This document shows positions 23,223-31,982 of a stretch of 34,951 bases of DNA, piece after piece (within the stretch, counting starts at the first letter, position 1; the number at the start of each line of letters is the position of its first letter). Below the pieces are notes generated by a model. It did no database searches and had not been told where the DNA came from. It saw only the letters and a list, made by a program, of their open reading frames with translations. A program made the translations under genes and the position numbers. Source of the DNA: a virus (lineage: Duplodnaviria; Caudoviricetes). The DNA is taken from the IMG/VR virus record IMGVR_UViG_3300029318_000042, positions 1-34,951 of that record, one strand, 5' to 3'.

Positions 23223-24061
23223 TGAAAGTACTAAAGCTTAGCCATGTAGTAGACAACTACACTAGATACAGCTATAAAACAAACTACGATGTTTGGGACA
23301 GCTGTATACAAGGGAAGGACATGTATCTTCATCAGGCCGAAAAAGAGATACAGGAGGGACACCTAAACCTAGATTGCTTTGATGTCATATTTATGGCACC
23401 CATAATCAGGATGAAGATGTTTCCATCCGTACTCAATGCAGTAAAAAGAAGTAAGGCCAAAACTGTTTTATTCGACAACGACAGCTGTTACCACAGATTT
23501 AGCGAAGGTGTATACAGTGATATTGATTTAATACTGTACAGGGATGTTGACTACGAAGGAAACAAGCCAAACACAGATAGTATGTGGCTTCCCTGGCACG
23601 TCGATGTAAACTACTATAAACCCAACTTTGGAGGCTCTGGTGTTGCTTTTAACTGCACGGTAAACAATCACTACCCGCTAAGGGTCAGAATAGATAGGGA
23701 GGTTCAGAAAGCAACTTATCTAACTGGAGACAATTACAGGGACGTAATGTCTAAGGCTGGTGGAGTCATACACACGGATAGCCCAAGAGTACCCCAAGTA
23801 AGATCCAAGGCGCTTGAAATTGCTTCTTGCGGATCTCAAATTATATCGAACAGAACATCTAAGATGGACTACTTTTTTCCTGATGAGTTAATTACATACT
23901 TTGACAGCATTGATGAGCTCAAGGACATAGTAAGTAGCTTTGAGCCAGACATAAAGATTCAGAAAGAACTAAGATCCATAGTTGAAAAGCATCACAGTGT
24001 TGAGGTAAGGTCAAAGCAGGTTAGAGAAAAAATTGAAGCTATGCTAGATGAAAAAAAATAA
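23222..24061 (+). CDS. GT-B glycosyltransferase (CgeB/Glyco_trans_1_2-like)
   Basis: WLPWHVD..YYKP, YPLR, KALEIASCGSQIISN...YFDSIDEL...HSVEVR. Confidence 0.75.
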   Translation: MKVLKLSHVVDNYTRYSYKTNYDVWDSCIQGKDMYLHQAEKEIQEGHLNLDCFDVIFMAPIIRMKMFPSVLNAVKRSKAKTVLFDNDSCYHRFSEGVYSDIDLILYRDVDYEGNKPNTDSMWLPWHVDVNYYKPNFGGSGVAFNCTVNNHYPLRVRIDREVQKATYLTGDNYRDVMSKAGGVIHTDSPRVPQVRSKALEIASCGSQIISNRTSKMDYFFPDELITYFDSIDELKDIVSSFEPDIKIQKELRSIVEKHHSVEVRSKQVREKIEAMLDEKK

Positions 24062-24338
24062 ATTCAACACGCTGACAGCCGCAGTAAAGCTCATGGACGC
24101 TATGGCAATAGCTATTGACAACATGATTGAAGAAGTGAAAAAGCCAGTAGACCAAGACGTTAATGGTTCCGCAAGAAAGGCCGAACTTCAATCTGTAAAA
24201 CAAACCGCTGTGGACTGCAAGGAACTTATCAGAGAGCGTCAGTCCTTAGAGCAGATGGTAAAAGAGCTACAAGAAAATGGAGAGGTCCAAGAAGAAAAAG
24301 ACTACTCAGGAGGGTTTGCAGAGAAGTTCAGCAAGTGA
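24048..24338 (+). CDS. Probable terminase small subunit
   Basis: Small helical protein ending GGFAEKFSK, between GroES and TerL; positional call. Confidence 0.45.
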   Translation: MKKNKFNTLTAAVKLMDAMAIAIDNMIEEVKKPVDQDVNGSARKAELQSVKQTAVDCKELIRERQSLEQMVKELQENGEVQEEKDYSGGFAEKFSK

Positions 24339-24415
24339 TCATACGCTGACAAGCAAGCACTTTAATTGGGTATCTTCGTCTACGACAGATCACGTATATT
24401 TTAACGACGAGTGGA

Positions 24416-24646
24416 ATGGCGAATACGAAGACTAGAGACTATGACAAAGAGTACAAAAAGTACGGGAAGTCGAAATCGGCGAAAAAGTATAGAGCTGAAC
24501 TCAATAGGTATAACCGAAAGAAGGGGACGTATGGTAACGGGGATAACCTGGATGCGGCTCACGAAGGCGGACGAATACGAAGGTTTGTCAAGTCTGCTCT
24601 GAATAGAGCAAACAATAGACCGAAGAAGAGAGCAAGTAAAGGTTGA
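24416..24646 (+). CDS. Small basic HNH-like protein
   Basis: RDYDKEY...RAELNRYNR...GDNLDAAH...NRANN. Confidence 0.55.
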   Translation: MANTKTRDYDKEYKKYGKSKSAKKYRAELNRYNRKKGTYGNGDNLDAAHEGGRIRRFVKSALNRANNRPKKRASKG

Positions 24647-24690
24647 GAAATCGACACGGCGGCCCCCTACGTTTATGGGGTTGACCAAAC

Positions 24691-24767
24691 TGGGGCGTAG
24701 TTCAGTTGGTTAGAGCGTCTGTCTTATACACAGAAGGTCGAGGGTTCGATCCCCTCCGCCCCAACCA
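24691..24767 (+). tRNA. tRNA-Ile(TAT), reads ATA; CCA encoded
   Basis: TGGGGCG-TA-GTTC AGTTGGTTA GAGC-G-TCTGT CTTATAC ACAGA-AGGTC-GAGGG TTCGATC CCCTC-CGCCCCA-A-CCA. Confidence 0.92.
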
Positions 24768-24841
24768 GCCCTCGTAGCTCAGTTGGATAGAGCAACAGCC
24801 TTCTAAGCTGTGGGTCCCAGGTTCGAACCCTGGCGGGGGTA
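24768..24841 (+). tRNA. tRNA-Arg(TCT), reads AGA; CCA not encoded
   Basis: GCCCTCG-TA-GCTC AGTTGGATA GAGC-A-ACAGC CTTCTAA GCTGT-GGGTC-CCAGG TTCGAAC CCTGG-CGGGGGT-A. Confidence 0.93.
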
Positions 24842-24853
24842 CAATTAAATAAA

Positions 24854-25639
24854 ATGAGAGATTTCAATCAGGCATATGTGTCAAATGGAGTTTGGCCCTT
24901 CAGAGAAGGAATATTCAAAAGGTGGTCATTCGACAAGTACTCTGACACAAATAAACCCGCAGTGTTTTTTGGTGTCTACGATCAGTCAGACATAGACAGA
25001 GTTAACGGACACAAGGGCGAAAAGATAATCGTCTTTATGGGTAATGACATAAACTACTACGGACACTTATGGAAAGACGACCCTAAAGCCTTTCACGTAT
25101 CGTATGGACCCTACAGAAAAAACCTAGAGTCGAAAGGAGTAAAGGTGTTTAATCATGTAACTCCATTTAAGAGTTACTCAAGATATAAGCCAAACAAGCT
25201 TGGTGACTGCATATATGTATACAAAGGTTTTATCAGTTCCAGGCCGAAACATTACGGATGGGAGAGTATTGTAGAGCCCTTAATTAAGGAGTTTGGAAGA
25301 AGGGTAATATGGACAGAACGACAAAGTGAAGAGGACCTGAAAAACAACTTTTACTCTAAGTGCTTTGCATACGTAAAACCAAATCCAACTGGTGGTAGTA
25401 CAACCATGTGGGAGATGGCACACATGGGGAGAAGAACGTTTACGCAAGGCCACTCAGATCTGGGATTTGGGTTCACAGAAGACTACACAGACGTCAATGA
25501 CCTCATCGAAAAGCTTAGAAAAGAGGAATCTAAAATAGGTACGATACCCCTAGAGATTTGTTACTCTGCAATAGAAGCACTCGACGATACGGATGATTGG
25601 CTAAAAAGGAGCTATTATGAAAATAACGATTCTAACTGA
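24854..25639 (+). CDS. Putative GT-B glycosyltransferase
   Basis: FYSKCFAYVKPNPTGGSTTMWEMAHMGRR resembles the GT-B donor-binding G...E...G motif. Confidence 0.6.
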   Translation: MRDFNQAYVSNGVWPFREGIFKRWSFDKYSDTNKPAVFFGVYDQSDIDRVNGHKGEKIIVFMGNDINYYGHLWKDDPKAFHVSYGPYRKNLESKGVKVFNHVTPFKSYSRYKPNKLGDCIYVYKGFISSRPKHYGWESIVEPLIKEFGRRVIWTERQSEEDLKNNFYSKCFAYVKPNPTGGSTTMWEMAHMGRRTFTQGHSDLGFGFTEDYTDVNDLIEKLRKEESKIGTIPLEICYSAIEALDDTDDWLKRSYYENNDSN

Positions 25640-26243
25640 CAACCCCTCAAGCTGGATTATGCCTTGGGTTGAAAAGCTAAAGGCTCAAATAGACGATCAT
25701 GACGTAGATCACATATATAGCTCTTCAGACATAAAAGGAGGTGACATAATGCTCATTCTTTCCTGCGAAAAGATCTTAAAGAAGAATCACCTCGACATGT
25801 ACAAATCTTGTGTGGTTGTTCACCCAAGCAGACTGCCCCACGGGAAAGGATGGTCTCCTCTTGCATGGCAAGTTCTTGAGGGTAAAAATGAAATACCAGT
25901 AAGCTTGTTTGAAGCTGCCGAAGAAGTAGACTCTGGTGACGTGTACATTACTGATACTATTTATCTTAATGGGTCGGAGCTAAACGACAACATGAAGCAA
26001 GAGCAAGGCGATGTAACCTTGAGAATGGCTCTTGATTACATAAAGAACTTCCCCATGAAGGGAGTTCCGCAGTCTGGGGAATCTTCGTTTTACCCCAGAA
26101 GAAAGAAGGAGCACTGTTACTTAGACCCTCAAAAATCTATTCTAGAAAACTTCAATCTGCTTAGGATATCAGACAACGAAAGGTACCCAGCAAGAGTGGT
26201 GGTTAATGGATCCGAATACATAATTAAGATACATGAGGCATAA
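25617..26243 (+). CDS. N10-formyl-THF-dependent formyltransferase (sugar N-formyltransferase/Fmt-like)
   Basis: HPSRLPHGKGWSPLAWQVLEG, EEVDSGD, FNLLRISDNERYPA. Confidence 0.88.
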   Translation: MKITILTDNPSSWIMPWVEKLKAQIDDHDVDHIYSSSDIKGGDIMLILSCEKILKKNHLDMYKSCVVVHPSRLPHGKGWSPLAWQVLEGKNEIPVSLFEAAEEVDSGDVYITDTIYLNGSELNDNMKQEQGDVTLRMALDYIKNFPMKGVPQSGESSFYPRRKKEHCYLDPQKSILENFNLLRISDNERYPARVVVNGSEYIIKIHEA

Positions 26244-26859
26244 CCCATACAAAATTGTCAAGATGTTTGAGGAGGAGCTTTCTGATTATACAGGAGCGCC
26301 TTATGTGGTTACGGTTGATAGCTGCACAAACGCATTGTTTTTGTGTTGTAAGTATTTGAATGTAGAAGAAGTAACTATACCGTCAAAAACGTATTTGTCG
26401 GTACCTATGAGCGTCATGCATGCTGGAGGGTCCGTAAGATTTGATAAGAGAGAAATGGCGAATCACTGGGAGGGGATTTACAAGCTGGAGCCATATGAGA
26501 TTTACGACTCAGCAAAAAGGCTAACGTCAAACATGTACATACCAGGATCATTTATGTGTCTCTCGTTTCACATGAAAAAGCACCTAAACATAGGTAAAGG
26601 AGGGGCTATACTAACCGACAATAAAGAAGCTTATGAGTGGTTTAAAAAAGCTAGGTATGAGGGGAGAAGCGAAAAGTTTTACAAGGAGGATTCAGTAAAT
26701 CAGCTTGGGTGGAATATGTATATGACCCCACAGGAAGCGGCTCAGGGTTTGTGTCTAATGCAGAACTACCCAAAACACAAGGAGGATCAACAAGAAAAGG
26801 GTGGATACAGAGATTTAACTGAGTTCCCTGTATTTTCGTCCTGCAAAACAATCAATTAA
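26233..26859 (+). CDS. Short DegT/DnrJ/EryC1/StrS PLP-dependent sugar aminotransferase
   Basis: FEEELSDYTG, DSCTNAL, YDSA, LSFHMKKHLNIGKGGAIL, GWNMYM; only 208 aa. Confidence 0.85.
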   Translation: MRHNPYKIVKMFEEELSDYTGAPYVVTVDSCTNALFLCCKYLNVEEVTIPSKTYLSVPMSVMHAGGSVRFDKREMANHWEGIYKLEPYEIYDSAKRLTSNMYIPGSFMCLSFHMKKHLNIGKGGAILTDNKEAYEWFKKARYEGRSEKFYKEDSVNQLGWNMYMTPQEAAQGLCLMQNYPKHKEDQQEKGGYRDLTEFPVFSSCKTIN

Positions 26860-27042
26860 ATGTCTAAGTATAAATGCGAATGCGGTAAGACCGTAGATCA
26901 CAAAGGTGGGGTGTCCATCAAGGTAATAGACGGAAAGGTTCAGCATGATGTAAAATGCGATTGCGGAAAGTACATGGAGCTGGCTGAAAAAAGGGTTGGT
27001 ATGCCCTCATTCAAAAGTAACCGATATGGACAGGTCCGATGA
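26860..27042 (+). CDS. Small zinc-ribbon protein
   Basis: CECG...CDCG. Confidence 0.75.
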   Translation: MSKYKCECGKTVDHKGGVSIKVIDGKVQHDVKCDCGKYMELAEKRVGMPSFKSNRYGQVR

Positions 27043-29137
27043 CGTTATTCGGTTGGACAGTTCAGATGAGCAAGGCGAGGTTGTTTCGCTCCACGGTCTT
27101 GACATTGCTCTTCCGAAAGTTCCAAAAAAATCAGACATCCTCTTCCACGACCTGCCTAAAAGAATGCAGATGTGGAAGCGCACCGATGTGCCACAAGAAT
27201 TGTCGCGGGTTAGAAGTATGGATGAGTGGTTCGAGAAGCCAGCCGAGTTTCGGAGAGCCTTTTCTCCTTTCATCGAGCAGGAGTTTGAGCGCAGGCGTAA
27301 CGGTGTTTGGTTTTACAATAATGGTGTGCCTACGTACATTACGGGAAGACATTACATGTTTCTCCAATGGAGCAAAATTGATATCGGATATCCGTCGTAT
27401 CTTGCGTTTCAGCGTGAGATCTTTCTCCACATGGCTGCGTGCGAGGCTGATAGCCGTTGTATCGGTCAGCTATATACTAAGTGTCGCCGCTCTGGCTATA
27501 CTAATATCTGTGCCTCTGTACTTGTTGACGAGGCTACGCAGGTAAAAGACAAGCTCCTGGGAATCCAGTCCAAAACTGGTAAGGACTCGCAGGAGAACAT
27601 ATTCATGAAGAAGGTAATCCCGATGTTTCGGAGCTACCCATTCTTCTTTAAACCTATACAGGATGGAACGACGAACCCACGTATGGAACTCGCTTTTCGG
27701 GAACCATCGAAACGAATCACCAAGAAAAATAAGACGTCACAAAAGGGTGACGCCCTCAACACCATCATCAACTGGAAAAACACCACCAACAACGCCTATG
27801 ACGGAGAGAAGCTACACATGCTCTACCTCGACGAGGCTGGAAAGTGGGAGAAGCCAGTCGACATCAGAGAAGCGTGGAGGATTGAGCGAACTTGTCTCAT
27901 CGTTGGTAAGAAAGTTGTAGGAAAAGCAATGGTGGGTTCTACAGTGAACCCCATGGATAAAGGTGGCGAAGAGTACAAAAACCTCTGGGAGGATTCAGAC
28001 CCTACTGAAAGGAATGCCAACGGAAGGACCAGGAGCGGCCTTTACCGTATTTTTATACCTGCTGATCACGCTCTTGAAGGGTTTTTTGATCAGTACGGTA
28101 ACCCTGTTGTGGATGATCCTGATACTCCAGTAAAGGGAATAGACGGAGAAGACATTGACCAGGGAAGTAAAACGTACTTAAAAAACGAGAGGGACAGCCT
28201 CAAGCACGACCCATCAGAGCTAAACGAAATCATAAGACAGTTCCCTCTTACCGAGGATGAGGCTTTTAGAGATAGCATCGAGGGGAGCATATTCAACATC
28301 GGTAAGATCTATCAGCAGATAGACTGGAACAGTAATATGTATCCTAACCCAGTCGTGACAGGCAACTTTATCTGGAAGGTAAAGGACAAGGAGGTTGTGT
28401 TCTCTCCAGACCCAAAGGGTAGATTTCATGTTAGCTGGATGCCCCCCAAGGATAGACGAAACGTAATACACGAAGAAAGAGGTAAGAAGGTGGCTCCGTT
28501 CCCTCAGTATGGGTGCGGGGGAGTCGACTCTTACGACCTGGATGAAACCGTTGATGGCAGGGGATCCAAGGGGGCCCTTCACCTGTACAACAAGTTCAAC
28601 ATGGACGACAAGACCCCAAGCAACATGTTTGTGCTTGAGTATGCGTCCAGACCAGATCTAGCCAGTATATTTTACGAAGACGTTCTTATGGCTTCTGTTT
28701 TCTACGGATACCCTCTACTCATCGAGAACAACAAGTATGGTATCGTAAGGCATTTTGAGAAGAGAGGTTGGGACGGATACGTATTGGACCGACCCAAGCA
28801 CCTCACACCCCCAGGGTCTAACATAAAGGTCAAGACAAAGGGGATACCGTCAAACTCTGTTGATGTAATCCAGGCCCACGCGCACGCGATAGAAGCGTAC
28901 ATCCACAATCATGTTGGTGTGAAGCCAGAGACTGCAGATTTTGGCAACATGTATTTCAACAGAACTCTTGAGGATTGGATAGGATACAAGATTAGCAATA
29001 GGACAAAGTATGACCTTACTATTAGTTCGGGACTTGCCCTGCTGGCGGCTCAAAAAGTTAAGCAGGAAAGAAAGACCTCAAACTTCGAAGGAAAGAGGTT
29101 TGTTAGGAAGGTAAAGCCAAAAGAATGGCACCGCTAA
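27026..29137 (+). CDS. terL: Terminase large subunit
   Basis: Walker A KCRRSGYT, Walker B LYLDEAGK, GST coupling motif, nuclease GGVDSYD, IENN, YDLTISSG. Confidence 0.93.
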   Translation: MDRSDDVIRLDSSDEQGEVVSLHGLDIALPKVPKKSDILFHDLPKRMQMWKRTDVPQELSRVRSMDEWFEKPAEFRRAFSPFIEQEFERRRNGVWFYNNGVPTYITGRHYMFLQWSKIDIGYPSYLAFQREIFLHMAACEADSRCIGQLYTKCRRSGYTNICASVLVDEATQVKDKLLGIQSKTGKDSQENIFMKKVIPMFRSYPFFFKPIQDGTTNPRMELAFREPSKRITKKNKTSQKGDALNTIINWKNTTNNAYDGEKLHMLYLDEAGKWEKPVDIREAWRIERTCLIVGKKVVGKAMVGSTVNPMDKGGEEYKNLWEDSDPTERNANGRTRSGLYRIFIPADHALEGFFDQYGNPVVDDPDTPVKGIDGEDIDQGSKTYLKNERDSLKHDPSELNEIIRQFPLTEDEAFRDSIEGSIFNIGKIYQQIDWNSNMYPNPVVTGNFIWKVKDKEVVFSPDPKGRFHVSWMPPKDRRNVIHEERGKKVAPFPQYGCGGVDSYDLDETVDGRGSKGALHLYNKFNMDDKTPSNMFVLEYASRPDLASIFYEDVLMASVFYGYPLLIENNKYGIVRHFEKRGWDGYVLDRPKHLTPPGSNIKVKTKGIPSNSVDVIQAHAHAIEAYIHNHVGVKPETADFGNMYFNRTLEDWIGYKISNRTKYDLTISSGLALLAAQKVKQERKTSNFEGKRFVRKVKPKEWHR

Positions 29138-29143
29138 GTTTGT

Positions 29144-29151
29144 TATATTTG
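29144..29151 (+). promoter_or_regulatory. -7 element TATATTTG, 7 nt before portal ATG
   Basis: Exact TAnnTTTG. Confidence 0.6.
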
Positions 29152-29158
29152 CCGTTAG

Positions 29159-31648
29159 ATGTACGGTAAGCAAGGGAAGAACACTGTAGGCTTTCCAAAT
29201 CCGCTGGCAAACAAAGCGGAAAAGGAAGGCAAGGAATACGGTCTGTCATACGCGAAGGCCATTTCCTCGCAGTGGGGCGCCGTAGAACGTGATAATTCTC
29301 TGTACAAGAAGAGGTCAAGGACTTTCGAAAGAAACAGAGCTTACGCCAACGGAACTCAAGACACAAGCATTTACAGGCAGTTGCTGAACAGCTTGGACCC
29401 GTCGAATAATGACGGGAGTTTCTTGAACCTTGACTTTACTCCTGTTCCTATCCTGCCGAAGTTTGTCAGGATCGTGGTAAACAAGATACTGTCAAGCGAG
29501 CCGTACCCAAACCTGGAGGCTGTCGACCCTCTTTCAGCTTCTGAGAAGGATGCGGAGAGAAGGAAGGTGAAGATGCTTGTCCAGAACAAGGACAAGATTT
29601 CTCAGATTAAAGACAAGGTAGGGGTGGACTTGGCTCAAGGTCAGGACATACCTGAAACACTTGAGGAGGCTGAGATCTTCCTGGAAACCAATATAAAGTC
29701 CGCCTCAGAGGTTGCTGCTCAGGTTGCTACCAATATGACCTTGAAGTGGAACGATTTTAACGACTCTACTTACAGGAGGTGCGTCAACGACATCACCACC
29801 CTGGGTATGGCGGTCACCAAGAGGAGCAATGACCCCAACTATGGGATCAAGGTAGACTACGTAGACCCTAAAAACTTCGTTCACAGCTACACTGAAGACC
29901 CTAACTTCGGAGACATCGTGTACGCTGGTCACGTCAAAAGAATCTCTCTGCAGGAGCTTCGCAGGGTTGCTGGGGATCAGTTTACTGACGATGAGTACGA
30001 GAAGATTGCCAAGACCGTAGCCAAAAGGTATCAGTACGACACCACAGCTATGCGTGCCTACCTGAACGACAGCAAGGGAAGAAACGAGTATGACCAATAC
30101 ATGGTCGACGTCTTGGACTTTGAGTTCCTGTCCGTAGACATGATGGTCTTCGAGGAGAAGCAAAGCAAGTACGGGAACGTTGGGTTCTACCAGAAAGGAG
30201 AAAACTACAAGGCTCCAAGCAACTCTGTGTACAAGAGGTCTGTAACGAAGATGCCGAACGTGGCTGTCTATGGTGGCTCGTACATAATGGGCTGTGACAA
30301 GCTTTTTAACTACGGGGTGAAAAAGAACGTACCTAAGAACGCTCATGACCTTAGTCGTACTAACCTTTCTTACTCTGTCGTTGCTACTAATCTTGACGGA
30401 AACATTCCGAAATCCATGGTAGATAGCTGCATTGGTTTCGCAGACCAGTTGCAGCTTACACACCTAAAGATTCAGCAGGCAATCGCAAAAGCAAAGCCCG
30501 ATGGCATCATCATTGATATCGAAGGTTTGGAGAACGTTCAGCTCGGTAAAGGCGGTGAGCTCCAACCTCTCGAACTCCACGACATCTACGAGCAAACGGG
30601 TGTCTTCTACTACCGCAGCAAGAATCCCGAAGGCGGTTTCCAGAACCCTCCCATCAGGGAAATCGGTAACAACATACGGAACATCAACGAGTTCATCAAC
30701 CTCTACAATCACTATCTGAGGCTGATCAGGGACGCTACGGGAATCAACGAGGCCATGGACGCCTCTACTCCGAAAGGCGATCAACTCGTGGGGGTTAGGC
30801 AGCAGGCCATCGCGGCTGGAAACAACGCCATCTACGACATCACCAACTCGTCTATGGTTCTGTTCAAGAAGGTTTGCTCTGACATCGTCAAGTGCCTTCA
30901 AGTGATTCCCAGGGGCAGCATTCTGTACAGGGCGTATGAGAACGCGATAGGTAAGGAGAACGTTTCTATGCTAAACACCTTCTCCGACCTCCCGATGTAC
31001 AACTTCGGGGTTACGGTCGTTAAGGAGATGGAGGAGATTGAGAAGCAGTACCTCGAACAAAACATACAGGCGTCCCTGGCTCAGAAAGAGCTGGACATTG
31101 AGGACGCTATAGCGATAAGGCAGCTCAAGGATGTGAACCAAGCCGAGCGCCTTTTGATCGTAAGAAGAAAGAAGCGTATTGCCAGGAACCAGCAGATGGC
31201 TCAGCAAAACGTCCAGGCTCAGTCGCAAGCACAGATTCAGTCTGCTCAGGCGGCATCACAAGCTAAGCAGCAAGAGATGCAGATGCAGGCTCAGATCGAC
31301 GCGCAAGCCATGCAGCTGAAAGCTCAGCTTGAGTCTCAGCTTGAGGTTCTTCGGCATCAGCACAGAAAGGAGATTGAAACCATGAAGGCTCAGGCCACGC
31401 TTGGATTCAAGACCGACGACCAAGAGTTCAGAGAGAAGCTGGAGGTCTTCAAGGAGGACCGAAAGGACATGCGAGTCGGTAAGCAGACCGCAGATCAAAG
31501 CAAACTGATTTCACAAAGGCAAGGAACTAGAGGAGAGATAAGTGAGCCTCAGCCCATGCAGCAGCAAGAAGGGCCGATGACTCCTGATCAAATAATACAG
31601 CAAGCAATACAAAATGAGCAAGGCCAGCAAGACAACAGTCAATCTTGA
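29159..31648 (+). CDS. Portal protein (podovirus/P22-like with Q-rich C-terminal barrel)
   Basis: 829 aa directly after TerL; PVPILPKFV, RDATGINEAMD, long Q/A-rich coiled coil. Confidence 0.85.
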   Translation: MYGKQGKNTVGFPNPLANKAEKEGKEYGLSYAKAISSQWGAVERDNSLYKKRSRTFERNRAYANGTQDTSIYRQLLNSLDPSNNDGSFLNLDFTPVPILPKFVRIVVNKILSSEPYPNLEAVDPLSASEKDAERRKVKMLVQNKDKISQIKDKVGVDLAQGQDIPETLEEAEIFLETNIKSASEVAAQVATNMTLKWNDFNDSTYRRCVNDITTLGMAVTKRSNDPNYGIKVDYVDPKNFVHSYTEDPNFGDIVYAGHVKRISLQELRRVAGDQFTDDEYEKIAKTVAKRYQYDTTAMRAYLNDSKGRNEYDQYMVDVLDFEFLSVDMMVFEEKQSKYGNVGFYQKGENYKAPSNSVYKRSVTKMPNVAVYGGSYIMGCDKLFNYGVKKNVPKNAHDLSRTNLSYSVVATNLDGNIPKSMVDSCIGFADQLQLTHLKIQQAIAKAKPDGIIIDIEGLENVQLGKGGELQPLELHDIYEQTGVFYYRSKNPEGGFQNPPIREIGNNIRNINEFINLYNHYLRLIRDATGINEAMDASTPKGDQLVGVRQQAIAAGNNAIYDITNSSMVLFKKVCSDIVKCLQVIPRGSILYRAYENAIGKENVSMLNTFSDLPMYNFGVTVVKEMEEIEKQYLEQNIQASLAQKELDIEDAIAIRQLKDVNQAERLLIVRRKKRIARNQQMAQQNVQAQSQAQIQSAQAASQAKQQEMQMQAQIDAQAMQLKAQLESQLEVLRHQHRKEIETMKAQATLGFKTDDQEFREKLEVFKEDRKDMRVGKQTADQSKLISQRQGTRGEISEPQPMQQQEGPMTPDQIIQQAIQNEQGQQDNSQS

Positions 31649-31982
31649 TACCGCCGCTAGGCTGGATATCATTTGTAGGAAGGGGGATACGTTTACCCTT
31701 GCATTGGAGTTTGGCAAGACTATGCCTACTGATGGCTGGGCTTTGGATGTAAGAGAAAGTGATACGGCTACAGGTACGGTGTTGGAGAACACTGACTTTA
31801 CATACACTGTAACTGATGGCAAAGAGACTAACTCAAAGCTTACAGTACAAGGTGCTGCTACGACCATGGCTGCCATTGATTCGGGGCTTTTTGTGTACGA
31901 TCTCCAAAACACAGATAGCTCTACTGTAAAGACGTATCTGTATGGCACCTTCAAGGTAAACGAAGATGTCACTCTCGTCTAA
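31614..31982 (+). CDS. Ig-like virion protein (BppU-N-like adaptor)
   Basis: [12 protein letters not shown]...YDLQ...TYLYGTF.V..DVT. Confidence 0.6.
   Translation: MSKASKTTVNLDTAARLDIICRKGDTFTLALEFGKTMPTDGWALDVRESDTATGTVLENTDFTYTVTDGKETNSKLTVQGAATTMAAIDSGLFVYDLQNTDSSTVKTYLYGTFKVNEDVTLV

Noticed and set aside
25617-26243. Calling the formyltransferase fmt (Met-tRNA formyltransferase)
   Set aside because: Too short, lacks the tRNA-binding C-terminal domain, and context is sugar-modifying genes
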